NCBI RefSeq assembly: GCF_018977255.1
Contig: NW_024704743.1
Coordinates: 13,332,001-13,396,000, forward strand
DNA: 64,000 nucleotides
From: Callorhinchus milii
Taxonomy: Eukaryota
Reading direction: 5' to 3'
Both the position numbers and the translations under genes were made by a program. Each line of letters opens with the position of its first letter. Within the stretch, counting starts at the first letter, position 1. This document shows, piece after piece, positions 38,023 through 51,353 of the stretch. The notes under the pieces were generated by a model, which saw only the letters and a program-made list of their open reading frames with translations, was not told where the DNA came from and did not search any database.

Positions 38023-39089
38023 CCAAATCTACTGCAGTAAATGCTCAGCAAAGAGTGTGTGTTTGTAACTTCATCTGATTTTGCTCTAAATTTCTTTCTC
38101 CTTAAGTCATTGGCAGTAATATGTAAATACATTTTAAAATAGTCAGTTTGGGCAGGAACTGGATGAGGGAAGAGTGTGTCTGCAAATGGCAGCTGGCGGT
38201 AAGACTATGTGGCAATAATAAAATGTATTTATAGTCTTGATAATATTTAGATAGCCAAACTTCAGGATGATAAATACAAGACAGCTTCCTAACAAAGTTA
38301 TGAAAGGAATAGTCCAGCTGACTGGTTCACTGCAGTTAGATAGGAGACAGAAACAGGCAGAGATAGAATTGATGATTGTGGAACATTGGGTCTGTTGAGC
38401 CTAGGGACATTTTTCTTGTTCCATGCATTTAGTATTCTGAAAACTAAACTTCTTGCACAGTATTTAATCAGCCTATCACATCTGAGATCAACTGAGATAC
38501 TTTTTAGGCAGTTTTATACCAGTATCACCCTCTTACAGTCTAGACTGACATTTCAATGCCTTGCTGGGGATGAGCTGCATTGTCTGAGGTGCCATCCTTT
38601 GGGGCTCAGTACTGCACATTTTGATGTGAATTTATTGCAGTCATTTATCGTGCGATGCTGCACAGTCAGGTGTTTTGTACTGAGAACTCTAGTTTGTAAA
38701 TGGCTGCATTGTAAACTATTAGGTGATTTGGTGGTTGACCCTTGATCCATGCGTCACTTCACATGGCTGTCAATTAGACTTAACCATTTGTTACTGGCTA
38801 TATCTGTGTTTGTCTATCTACTTCAGTTGTAGACTTTGATACACATTTGGTGAGGTGTTAACTGATAACTAAATCATTCTTACGTAAGGGGCATCACACC
38901 AAGGGATCTGTGTTAGTGGCAATGATTCCCAGCACGTAGATTTGCCTGGCTTGGTACTGGGGAGCATTGCATTGCAAGCGATGCTGTCTTTCAGAGAAGA
39001 CAAACTGAGGCCCCATCTATCTGTTGAGGCGGACATAAAAGATTCCATGGCAAGATTGAAAAAGAGAACTTTCGCAAGTTGGCAATTCT

Positions 39090-39542
39090 AGATTCCTGTA
39101 GCTCAGTGGTTAGAGCAGTCACCTCGTAAGCGAGAGGACCTGGGTTCGATTCCCAGCAGGGAAAAATGTTAGGCAAGTTTCCTTACTCCTTATGCCTCTG
39201 TATACCTAGTAGTAAGTAGGAACCCATTTGTTAGTTAATTGGCGTATCATTCTTCCGGTGGTCATAATCCCTACAAAAAATAAGAATAATTTGGTCATTC
39301 AATCCATGACTATTTGTGGGACACTGCTGTGCACAATTGGCTGCTGCATTTTGCCCACAAAATATACAGTCGATTCACTTTACAGTGTGTTCGGTGAAGC
39401 GCTTTGGGACGTCCTCCCGACGTGAAAAGCGCTATATCAAATGCAAGTATTATTATTATTATTTACAGTATTGTATTAAGCACTTTGAGATGCTTCAAAG
39501 ATGTGATAAGGAGCTATATTCAAATGCAAGGATTATTATTAT
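39090..39542 (+). mobile_element. Long-form tRNA SINE with two tandem tails
   Basis: A young-type tail at ~39380-39462 is followed by an old-type tail at 39463-39542. Confidence 0.88.
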
Positions 39543-41537
39543 CCTCCAGATAATTTGGTCATTTGGCTGTTTGTGAGATCTTGCTGGTACATGTGACTGT
39601 CCACAAAAAAGTCATTGCAGTTTATATAGCTATATCTATGGATATTTCATTGTGAAAGGTAAGGTACTATAAAACTGTAAATTCTTTCCCCTGAGCTGCC
39701 TGAGTACCTAGTCTCAGCTATCCCATTGTAGAGAATCACAGAATTGAGACATCCCCCTACCCCCACCGCCGACCCACCCACCCACCCAGAGAAAGGAAGC
39801 TGACCATCATCAGACCCTTTGTGCACTGGCCAGCAGGTACTTCTAAGATGTCTTGTTGATAGCCTGGGAGTACGGCTGCTATCATCAGTAAGCAGTCCAG
39901 CAAATAAAACAGAGTTTGTATGTTCAGTTTAAAAATCCATATTTCGCCATGTAGTTTTGCAATCAGCGTTATGGGGTAAAATTCGGGACATTTTGTAAGG
40001 TGTCCAACATTCCTGTCCAACTAACAACTGGTCATTCACTTCATGGCTGCTTGTGGGGCATTGCTGTATGCAAATTGGCCACTGGGTTTACCTAAAAAGA
40101 CACAGTCGTAGATCCTACGAAGCGCTTTGAGGCATTTTGATAACATGATAAGGCGCTGCATCAACTGCAAGAATTATTATTATCATTATACTTTTCTGCT
40201 GCACTCAAATACCGGCCTTCAGCATTGAGGCAGCATTTCAGTACAGGGATTCTCTGAGGCGAAACTCCTGGGTAGGGGAGAAGGGATATTGCTAGATTAT
40301 GAAACGTGTCTAATTTCACCCCTTTAATCTGAGTGGGTAATCTTATGAAACAGATTTGCTGAAGAATTTGGAGCAAATGAGTTCAGTGCCTATCAGTTGA
40401 GGCTTTTTAGAAACCATACAAATAATATAAACCTTGTCTGTTTTATTATCATTTAAATTGGATGACTGTTGCACCATTTCCTCTTGTAATTAGTAGATAA
40501 TTTTTCTTTGGATTCACTATAATCAAAAAGGAAGTCAGCACAGCCTGAGGACAACAGCCCCCACCCAGCCCGCCATGCCCCCAGCTCCATCCATCAATTA
40601 CCCACTGATCCCTAAAACAGTCTTTCCAGAACCAATGAGAACAGCTAACAGCTTGAATCCCCCCTTCACTCAGCCCGAACCCGTTCCCCCACTCAACCTG
40701 AATCCCCTCACTTCACTCACTGACCACAATTCCCCTCCCTTCACTCAGCTGAATTCCCTCCCCCACACTTACTCACTCAGCTCAAATCTCCCTCCCCTCT
40801 GCCCCCCCAAAAAATAACACACACACACAGACACACACACACAGCTGTGTAAATGAGTGTGTGGGTGGAACAGTGAGTAAGAGAGAGAACAAACACCAGC
40901 CTTACCATCAGCATCTGCCCAAAACTGTCTGTTTACCCCAGGACTTAATTGTAAGCTTTCAACTAAGATTTTAACTACGATTTGTTTAAAAAGAAAGTTT
41001 GGCTGGGAATGGTCATTGTGTTTTCCTACCTCTGGTTCATTTCCTGTTTGTTTTTTTTGCTTGTACATTGATGTCGGATGAAGTTGTTATTGAAAAGAAA
41101 ACTCTTCCATTCATTGTTGAGCACCGACAATGTAATGCACACCAAATCACAGTGGTATTTCTTTACTGCCAGAATAAAAGATGGTGTTAACTGCTCCAGG
41201 TGGGCGCTTTCTTGTGGAAATCACTTGCACACTGTAGATGTGACAGAAATACTTCATGGAGGGACAGCTGTTCAGTGACTGGTCTCTAGGTGCTGGGTAC
41301 TGATTCCCGAGGTCTGAAATTGAATAGTTTTAGCTCTAAGAGCGTCATCTTAAAGTTTAAGATCATGCAAAATTTTCAAACAATTCTTAAATTTGCTTTA
41401 GTTTACTTCCTAAATGTAGTTTTCCACAAGAAGAACTATAGATTCAGTTTGGCTTTCAAATTCCATCTATTTAGCATAGTGGCCAAAAGCGCGGTCAGAC
41501 GTAAGCCTTCATATTGCTGCCGGCATGCCCTTTGACA

Positions 41538-41589
41538 ATGGTAACTCGCTGCAAAGGCAACGGGGAATCTGCTGACCAGAATGGTCGAG
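41538..41589 (+). other. Candidate alternative first coding exon (MVTRCKGNGESADQNGR + 1 nt)
   Basis: acaATGg Kozak context, open to the GAG|GTAAGT donor, phase 1, repeat-free context. No homology recognised. Confidence 0.3.
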
Positions 41590-42499
41590 GTAAGTTTGCT
41601 GTTGAAAGAATCACATTTGTATCTTTGCAGATTTGCTCAGAAGCCCACAATGAAAATTCAGCATTAAACACAGAGTTAAGGTCCACGTCAGTAATTCTGC
41701 ATTGTTTACACTGCACCTTAGCTGTGACTTTGCAACAGATTTGCAGCTCAAAAGTAAATGGAGCGATTATTTAGTCAGTTCCAGCCTGCATTGTTTGGGT
41801 TTTACCAGGTTCGCCCTTCAGGGGACAGGCAGAACAATAACGGGCTGAAGATGTTGTTTGGTTTATGAAGGCCCCATAGCAGAAAGGAGTGGCAGCCAGC
41901 AAAAGAAACAATGAGATGCTTCATTAACCGCTGGTTGGACTCAATGGGGATATGTGAAGCTAGCAATCCTGCACCGAGCCTGTTGGCCCAATTTCAAAGC
42001 GCAACTTTTCACAGCCATCAGTGCCAAGAATACCGGGGGAAGGGGAGAGACATCTACGAAGCTTTTAGAAAGTTGCCAGAGGTGCTGTAAAATGTCTGGT
42101 GCTTTAATGAAATTTGAATTGTCAATTTTACTGCAACTGATGACAGCTCCGATTTATTCAAAACTGTCTCCTGGCAGTAAAGGTTGCACTCGATCGTCAA
42201 CAGGATTTCTGTTTAATCTGGAGCCCCGGTGAGAGAACTGGCATAGAACTATCAGTAACATAGTTCCACAGGTCCTGGTGAAAGCACATGTGCTTTGTCA
42301 GACTGTGGGGCTTTTTGATGCTTAGATTTTACACAATCTTTTAGTTAAATCTTTATAATAGGATTTTCATTGTAATTGGAAATATACCCTTTGCACAGAG
42401 GGAATCAATTAGTCCTTCTACAAAAGAAACACCTCCCTGGATTCTGGGCTGAGTTAGCTGTTCTCAGTCAGGCAAGAGGAGAACCTTCAGAATAAATGT

Positions 42500-42980
42500 G
42501 GAATTCTGTAGTGTATTGGCAAGAAGAGCATTCGCCTCACAAGTGAGAGGACCTGGGTTTGATTCCCGGCAGGGCAAAACCTTAGGCAAGTTTTCTTACT
42601 CCACACGCCTCTGTTTATCTATCAGTAAGTAGGAACTCAGTTGGATCAATTTTCCGAGAGGTAATAATCCTTTCAGAATGTACTGTAAAGTGAAATGACT
42701 GTATATTTTGTGGGCGAAACACAGCAGCCAATTACGCACAGCAGTGTCTCACAAGCAGTCGTTGATTGAGTGATCAAATTATTATTATTTTTCAAGGGTT
42801 TATTATCCCTGGAAAGCTCCAATCCGTCAATCGACTAACAACCGGGTTCCTACTTACTGCTAGGCAAACAGAGGCGCGTGGAGTAAGGAAACTTGCCTTA
42901 GGTTTTGCCCTGCCCGGGAATTGAACCCGGGATCTCTCGCTTGCGAGACGCATGCTCTAACTAATACCCTCCAGGACTCC
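42500..42980. mobile_element. Inverted pair of long-form SINEs (+ 42500-42672, - 42662-42980)
   Basis: Two tRNA heads point toward each other and share the taataatcc junction. Confidence 0.85.
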
Positions 42981-43476
42981 ACCAAGCCAGAGAGGTACAT
43001 ACCCATAGGACACAGAGCTTTGTGGTAAAATTGAGTGTTTACCCAAGTGGTCTCTGATAATGTGTGTAACCTAGGATGGGTAACAGGAATGATCCTTTAT
43101 TTTTGAGAAAGTTGATAAAAGAAAAATGTTGGCAACTGGCAAATGTTCGTCTAGGACCCATTTACCACTTTTTCTGTCAGAAATGTCTGGAATTTCTGTT
43201 ATTTTCTTGGGAACTAAAACCATTATTTGGTTGCTGTAGTTAAAAAATGTTAAAGGTCAATGTACAGGTCAAGTGCAGGGAAAGGAGCAGCCTCTGCTCA
43301 ATGCTGGATATGAGTGAAAGAATTGCGTATTCACTTCTGAGATCAGCTGAACTCCAGTTAAATCTCCCTAATCAATCCAGTACTGACAAGAAATTAAATC
43401 ATTTCAGTCAGACCCACCTTAATGCTGCGGCCATTATACACTGACAGGGAGCTAGAAAGCAAACCCCCTCTTCAAT

Positions 43477-43800
43477 GTAATAACAATCATAATCCTTGCA
43501 TTTGATATAGCGCTTTTCACGTCAGGAGGACATCCCAAAGCGCTTCACAGAACACACTGTAAAGTGAATTGACTGTATATTTGTGGGCGAACGCGGCAGC
43601 CAATTGCGCACAGCAATGTCCCACAAACAGTCGTAGATTGAAAATGACCAATTTATTATTGTTTTTTGGTTTTTTGGAGGGATTATTATTAGGCTCTGTG
43701 TGGAGTAAGGAAACTTGCCCAAGGTTTCGCCCTGCCTGGAATTGAACTCAGGTCTCTCGCTTACAAAGCGAGTGCTCTAACCACTGAGCTACAGGACTCC
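43477..43800 (-). mobile_element. tRNA SINE, short young subfamily
   Basis: Full-length reverse-complement match to 36765-37084. Confidence 0.92.
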
Positions 43801-44016
43801 ACTGAACCTTCCTAGTCTATTGATTTTGTAGCCACACAAGTATTTTTTTTCAAAAAAAGGTTCCTACCCTTCTCCTCCAATTTAAAAAAAAATAACTACC
43901 ACTCCTAGAACTACCAGTCCTGCAGCACAGGAGAAGGTCACTTGGCCTATCATGCCTATGCTTGCTTGATGGTGCTGGAACCTTCATTGCACTCAGTGGT
44001 GTCTCACAAACATGCT

Positions 44017-44317
44017 GGAGTCTGTAGCTCAGTGGTTAGAGCCCTTGCCTGGCAAGCGAGAGACCTGGGTTTGATTCCCAGCAGGGCAAAACTTTGGGCA
44101 AGTTTCCTTACTCCACACACCTGAAATTAATCCCTCAAAAAAAACAATAATAAATTGGTCACTTCAATCCATGACTGTTTGTGGGACACTGCTGTGTGCA
44201 ATTGGCTGCTGCATTTTGCTCACAAATATGCAGTCAATTCACTTTACAGTATATATTGTGAAGCGCTTTGAGACGTCTAGAAGACATGAAAATGTCAAAT
44301 GCAAGTATTATTATTAT
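44017..44317 (+). mobile_element. tRNA SINE, short form with TAGAA loop
   Basis: Head, body and tail gagacgtctagaagacatgaaa. Confidence 0.88.
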
Positions 44318-46769
44318 GCATTGAGTAACCATATTATTATTTTATTGACTAACAACTGGGTTCCTACTTACTGCTAGGTAAACAGAGGGTGTGAAGTAAG
44401 GAAACTGGCATATGGCCTAAATCAAGAAAATTTATTTTGTTGACCAACCACAAAGGTTGTCTGCTACTATGAGTTCAAAGTCCCATTGTGGGGCTTGAAC
44501 CCACAACCTTCTGTCTCAAAGGGGAAGAGTGTTACCAACTGATCCAGGCTCAAACCAATGACATTTCCATTGTTATCATCGACGCACCACAGAAAGCCGG
44601 AAAACACTGAGATAAATTTGACTTCTTCACACTATGCACTAGAAGTGTTCCTCAGTTCCAATACATCATGGCAGGCCCACGGTGAACCCTGTACACAGAC
44701 CCACAGTACACTGCAGAATAATAGACTCCAGTTGCCTCCAGAAACTTGTAATCCAGAAGCAGGTATAAGACCTCTTGAATTCTTTAATGATCAGTAAAGA
44801 GCTGCTGCCTGGGGACAGCAGGATCAGTAATCTGAACTTTTGCCTTTCTTTGAGAATAATTCTTGCATTTGAAATAGCACTTTTCACATTAGGAGAACTC
44901 TCAAAGCGTTTCACAGGATTTTACTGGAAAGTGTGATGAATGCATTTTGTAGGGGAACGCTGATAGAGAAATTGCACAGTGACCTTGAAAAACATTTCAA
45001 ACTGAAATGAGCTGGCTGCGTTTACATTTTAACAAGGTAGAGAGGGGTCTGTCAGTTTAGGCCTTCTTGCATGCAACTGTTTTATTTGGTTTCTATCCAA
45101 GTGTTGCTGAAGACCTAGCAGACTCTGTTTTATCAACACTTTGGTGCTAAATGGGTTTGCTCGTGTGATGTTGTAAATATGGTCGTTTGCTAGAGCTAGA
45201 TTGTGCACTGACTCAAGCTGTGGAAGAGCCAGAATTCAGTTGGCCCACTTTATTGTTGGCTAGTGTTAGCAGTGACATTACTCAGGCTAAATGCCTGGCT
45301 CAGGAAATGTGATCCAGACTATCCACCTTGGCCCAGTCTACCCAGACTCCTCCTTGGAGAGTGGATAAGGAGTACTGGCTTCAACTGAGACATTCGGCAG
45401 ATGCTCAAGAATTGATATGTTAGAGAAGAAGAAATTCTGCTGTATCGGAGTGAAAAGTTATTGCATTGTTGCTACAGTCAGTCAGGCCAGTTGATGACTA
45501 AAGATGTGATTGTCTACCTGGCTCTCGCAATGTTTGGGCCCAATGCCACAGATCGATATATTGCACTGCAGGGAGAGTCAGTGGACTTCCAATTCGTAGG
45601 ATACCAACTTAACTCAACAAAATAGTGAACGATATCCCATGAACAAACAATACGATGATGTAGTGCACTAAGTTTAGGTCCAACCATTGCAAGAAACTGG
45701 GGAGGGAAGAGGTGGGGTGGGTGGGGGGGCTTGAGGATCGCACTCGATAACTAAACAGAGCTAATTTTCTGTTATCGACTGTTGTCAGTTAGTGACCAGC
45801 CTCATTGGAAACATGTATCAATAATGTGGTAATGAACACTGGTGATCATTATCATCAGTGTTAATTATCACATCAGCTGACCAAGTTTTCACCCCAATAT
45901 GTAGTGCTGTATGTACAACGGAGTGGAGATGAGTTGTGCTTCAATTGTATTGCTTGTTCATGGGATACCGCTTGACTATTTTGTTGATTTAAGCTGGTAT
46001 CCACCTAACTGGAAGTCAGTCCGTTGCCTCTCTCTGCAAGCCAATAGTGCAATGACTCGATGCTTGGCTGATAATTACTGTATAATTTGGGAAAATTACT
46101 TCAACAGGTTTTCATGTAGCTTTAGACAACAGATAGAGCAGGGCAAGTCAGAGGGGTTGAGTTCCTGAAGGAGGAAGTTCCAGAAGAAAACAGTCTTGGT
46201 CAAGAACTGGATGTGAGAGAGGAAAAGGAGCTGAGGATCAAACTGAATGTCAAGGTTGGATACTGCTTCAGTGAGTTGGAGAGAGATGCTAGGAAGGTTG
46301 AATAGATTGGAGGCAAAAGCAAGATGGCATCTGCAGGAGCTGAGGAGAATGGCTTCAATCTTGTCCATGTTGAGTAGAAGAAAGTTGAGTTTCATAAACG
46401 ACTTGATATCTGACTGACAGAAAGGTCACAACATCAAATCAAGAGTGGAAATAGAGAGGGCAACTTAGGTGACATTAGCGTGTTCATAGAAACAAATCCA
46501 TGTTTACGGTTGTAACAGGGTGTGATTGTACTCTCTAGTGTGCCAGGGCTGCTAGAAGGCAAAGCATAATCTTCATGGCTGCTTCCTATTAGAGATTGTA
46601 TCATGCACGTTCGCCATTGATACTCAGACATGGATTGTGTTTCTATGGTTTATGCAAACATGTCACTAGCTGCTGGGACTCAAATCCTTGCCGTAACCAA
46701 AGATTTTATTATATCAATAACATATGGTTAAACAAGTTTCATAGATGGCTAGGCCAGACGAACAGCATT

Positions 46770-48714
46770 GTAATAAGGAATAATCCAGAAAAAGGAGGGA
46801 TTAGACAGGAGAGAAATGCAGAGCAGACTCGTTTGGTCTTGGCGTGCGTACGCATAAATGCATGGAGTGTGACAAATAAGGCAGACTCAAGTTGCCACAT
46901 GGGGTCATGATGTAGTGGCAATAACAGAGACCTGGCTCAAACAAGGGCAGGAATGGGAGCTGAATATTCCTGGCTACAATGTATCCCTATCAGGAGGGAT
47001 AGGTAAGGGGGAAAAAAAGGAGGGGGGTGGCAATACTGATTCAAGACACAGTTACGGCCCTGGAAAGGTACAATGTGCTAGAGGGTCCAAGAACAGAATC
47101 TTATTTGGTTAGAGTTAAGGAGCAGAAAAGGAGCTGTTACTTTGTTAGGTGTATATTATAGACCACCAGATAGTGGGAAGGAGATAGACCAGCAAATCTG
47201 CAAGCAGATTTCAGAAAGATGCAAAACCAATAGAGTAGTGGTAATGGGAGACTTCAATTATCCTAACATAGACTGGCAAAATAACAGTGTAAAGGGCAAG
47301 GAGGGGGAAGGATTCCTGAAATGTGTGCAGGTTAAGTGTCTGGATCAGTATGTTTCCAGCCCAATGAGGAAGGAAGCAGTGCTGGATCTAGTTCTGGGGA
47401 ATGAAGTGGGGCAGGTTTCAGTAGGAGAACATGTGGACAACAGTGATTACAATATCATTAGTTTCAGAAGAGTACTTATGGAAAGATACAAGGAGCAATC
47501 AAAGGTGAAGATACTCAACTGGAAGAGGGCTAATTTCAGTGAGTTAAAAAGGGACCTAGACAAGGTGGACTGGAAAGAAAGATTGGCAGGTAAACCAGCT
47601 AATGAGCAATGGGAAGCTTTCAAGGAGGAAATAGTCTGGGGACAGAACAAATATATTCCCACAAAGGGGAAAGATAGGGCATCCAAACCTCCCTGGATGA
47701 CTAAGGAAATTGGGATGAAAATAAAACAGATAAAGGAGGCTTATGATAAATGTCAGGTCCAAAATACAGAAGGTAATCAAATAGAATTTAGAAAGTACAG
47801 AGGAGAACTGAAAAGGGAAATAAGAGGGGCAAATAGATTGTATGAGAAAAGATTAGCGGGTAGCATAAAAGGGAACCCTAAGATATGTTATAAGCATATA
47901 AAGAATAAAAGGTTAGTCAAAGTAGGGTGAGTACAACTGGGGACCAAAGAGGACATTTTTTTGGAGCAGAGGGCATGGCTGACATATTGAATCAGTACCT
48001 TGCGTCTGTCTTCTCAAAAGAAGAGAATGCTGCCAATGCCACAGTATCGGAGGAGAGAGTAGAGAAATTGGATAAGATAAGAATAAACCGAGAGGAGGTA
48101 CTAAAAAGGTAGATAAGTCACCTGGTCTGGACAGGATGCATCCTAGGTTACTGAGAGAAGTAAGAGTGAAAATAACAGAGGCTCTGACCACAATCTTTCA
48201 ATCCTCCTTTTTCACTTAGAAAAATATGGGTTAATAAAGGCTAGCCAACATGGATTTGTCAAACACAAATCGTGTCTAACAAACCTGATAGTTTTTTGAT
48301 GAAGTAACGGAGAGGGTGGATGAAGGTAGAGCAGTTGATGTCGTTTATATGTGTTTTCAAAAGGCATTTGATAAAGTACCACATAAGAGGCTTGTAAGCA
48401 AAATAGAAGCCTATGGTATTAAATGGCTGCATGGATACAGAACTTGCTGGGAGACAGAAAGCGTGCAGTGGTGTCCCCCAGGGGTCAGTAATGGTCCCAT
48501 TACTGCTATTTTTGATCTGTATGAATAACCTGGACTTGGGTATAGAGAGTACAATTTCCAAGTTTGCAGATGATACTAAGCTCGGAAAAGTAATAAACAG
48601 TGAGGTGGATAGTAGCAGACTGCAAATTGACATAGACAGACTGGTAAGATGGGCAGACACGTGGCGGGTGAAGTTTAATGTGGAGAAATGCGAAGTGATG
48701 CATTTTGAGAGGAG
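46770..48714 (+). mobile_element. CR1-clade LINE ORF2 (endonuclease and RT), same family as 1-2254, ending at an L2
   Basis: ORF 47142..47930 has LGVYYRPP..VVVMGDFNYPNIDW..LDLVLGNE..SDYNII..PPWMT. ORFs 48316 and 48413 have FQKAFDKVPHKRL and SKFADDTKLG..WRVKFNVEKCEVMHF. Confidence 0.95.
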
Positions 48715-49820
48715 CAACAACACAGCAAAATTACATTTATAGAGCACCTTTCACGTCGGGAGAACGTCCCAAAATCCTGAACAGTCAGGTGTCGGGGCCC
48801 GAGCATGGGGGAGGGGTGGTGGAGGGGTGAGGCAAGGCAGAGAGGTGGGAGGGTGACCAAAGGCACGATTGAAGAGAAAGGTCTTGAGACCGGCTTTGAA
48901 GGAGGCAAGGGAGGAAGCGAGGTGAAGGGACCGTGGGATGGAGTTCCAGAGTGTGGGGGCAGAGAGGCTGAAAGCCCGGCCACCGATGGTAGGGCGGGTC
49001 GGTTGGGAGACATGGAGCAGATCGGAGTCCACTGAAACAGAGGGAGCGGGCAGGTTGGTAGGGAGTCAGCAGGTCAAAGAGGTAGGAGGGGGCAAGGCCA
49101 TGGATGGCCTTGAAAGTGAGGATGAGGATCTTGAACGCGATCCTCTGGGGGATGGGGAACCAGTGGAGTCGGGTGAGGGTGGGAGTGATGGGGTCGTGGA
49201 GCCTGATGCGCGGGAGTACACAAGCTGTAGAGTTTTGGATAATCTGCAGCTTGTGAAGGGAAGAGTTGGGAAGGCCGATGAGGAGGGAGTTTCCGTAATG
49301 TGGATGTGGGGGAGAAAGGACAGTTCAGAGTCAAACAAGACTCCCAGGTTCCTGACTGGCTTAGTGAGGTTGAGTGTGCAGCCATGGAGGCTGATGCTGC
49401 CAGCGCCCGAGGTGCGGAGGCACTGGCGTGAGCCAATCAGAAGGGCCTCGGTCTTGCTGATGTTAAGTTGGAGAAAGTTGTCCCTCATCCAGTGCTTGAT
49501 GTCGGACCGGCAGTTGGTCAGGACGCCAGTAGTCCTGGAGTTGAGGGTGGAGGCAGAGAGATAGAGTTGGGTGTCATCTGCATACATGTGGAAATTTATC
49601 CCATGTTGCGGATGATGTCACCAAGGGGGAGCATGTAGAGGGTGAAGAGGAGAGGCCTGAGAACAGAGCCCTGAGGAACACCACACAAGACAGTGCGGGG
49701 GCTGGAGAAGAAGCCATTTGCTATGACGAAGTGGAGGCGGCGTGAAAGGTAGGACCGGAATCAGTCCAGGACAGAACCTTGAAAGTTGAGGCAGGAGGAT
49801 AGGTGGTGGAGGAGGATTGA
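48715..49820 (-). mobile_element. L2 fragment (different 3' UTR from the youngest subfamily)
   Basis: ORF 49066..49587 has MYADDTQLYLS..NFLQLNISKTEALLIGS..VRNLGVLFD. Tail at 48715 and an internal deletion near 49299. Confidence 0.93.
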
Positions 49821-51037
49821 ATGTTTTTTGCCATGTGAAGTTACAATAAAAGTAACATTGAAACACTGAACTTGGCGTTTTTCCAACCTTTAACCAAATC
49901 TCAAGCACAGGTGCATCTTATGGAATACTTCTTTACACAGAGTAATGAACAGGTGGAATGGGTTACCTGGAATTAAAGTTAGGACACTGGACTCATTTAA
50001 GAAGCAACTCAATGGTAAGACAGCAAAGTGGATATTCATGAAGGATGAGATCAAATGGGCCGAAGGGCCTTCTTTATCTGAATTTCTTATGATGAATGTA
50101 CCATTGTGTCCCCAACATAAAGGTTTTTTAATCTTTAGTTTCTCTGACAATACACTCATTCAAACCTCTCCCCATTTCAGCATCCCCTGAAGCATTTTAA
50201 AATGAGTCAACTCTATCCCGAAGAGACGTCCTTTTGATAGAGATTTAAAGAAGAAATTATTAAATTGGTCATCTTTTTGCTGCTGTTTTATCTCTGCAAT
50301 GATGGAGGGCAGCACTGAGTCCAAAGTCAAGCACTTGGGAATCCTGTGCTTTATTCTAACCCAGTCTCTATCCTTCTCCCTTGCTAAGTATCCAACTCCA
50401 GGACTATGAAGTGGTTAAGAAGTTATTCTACGTAAAAAATGTTGTATAAATGCAAGTTGTTGTCATTGTCTTAATCTGTAAAACCATTTTGTTTTAACGT
50501 TTGAGATTTTAAGATCTTAACATTTTCACACAAAAAACAGTCACCCCACTTTACAATATATCCTGAGAAGCGCTTTGAGATGTCCTCATATATGAAATAT
50601 ACTGTATCAAATGTATAAATTATTATTTATTCATTTTTATTAGGCATAATTGTTGAAAATACTTAAATTGAATCAGAATTTGAAAGCCGGTTCTGAAAAA
50701 GGAATTCTGCATTATCTTAAATTTTATGACCAAATGGTGTTACAAATTAAGGCTAGGAAGAATGTTGTGCTTTCAACTTGCTCAATGCTGGCTTTACTTC
50801 GCTTCAGATTTTATCAGTATCTGTAGCTGATCACAGTTGGAAGCAAAGCCGGGAAGATATGTGTAAGGCCATATCTTTAGGAATTATTTTCAAACGTTGA
50901 TTCCAGCAATCAACAAATTCATGAAATATAAATCCTTCTTTCACTTGTCACTGGCTGCACTATTATTATTGCCACCTCATATACCCAGCGCCATGCTAAT
51001 ATGACCTTTGATACCATTTGGCATTACAAAGTGACAT

Positions 51038-51353
51038 GGAGTCCTGTAGCTCAATGGTTAGAGCACTCGCCTTGCAAGTGAGAGACCTGGGTTTGATTCC
51101 CAGCGGGGCAAAACTTTGGGCAAGTTTCCTTACTCCACACAACTGATAATAATCCCTCAAGAAAAAAAACAATACTAAAATGGTCACTTCAATCCATGAC
51201 TGTTTGTGGGACACTGCTATGTACAATTGGCTGCCGCATTTCGCCCACAAATATACAGTCAATTCACTTTACAATATATTCTGTGAAGCGCTTTGAGACG
51301 TTTAGAAGCCGTGTAAAGCGCTATATCAAACGCAAGGATTATTATTATTATTA
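51038..51353 (+). mobile_element. tRNA SINE, short form with TAGAA loop
   Basis: Full head-body-tail match to the family. Confidence 0.9.

Noticed and set aside
40660..40845. Short CACTCAGC..AAT-type repeats and a (CA)n run
   Set aside because: Ordinary low-complexity sequence with no further structure.
47142..47930. Stand-alone APE endonuclease gene
   Set aside because: Middle of a frameshifted CR1 ORF2. The conserved SDH motif reads SDY.
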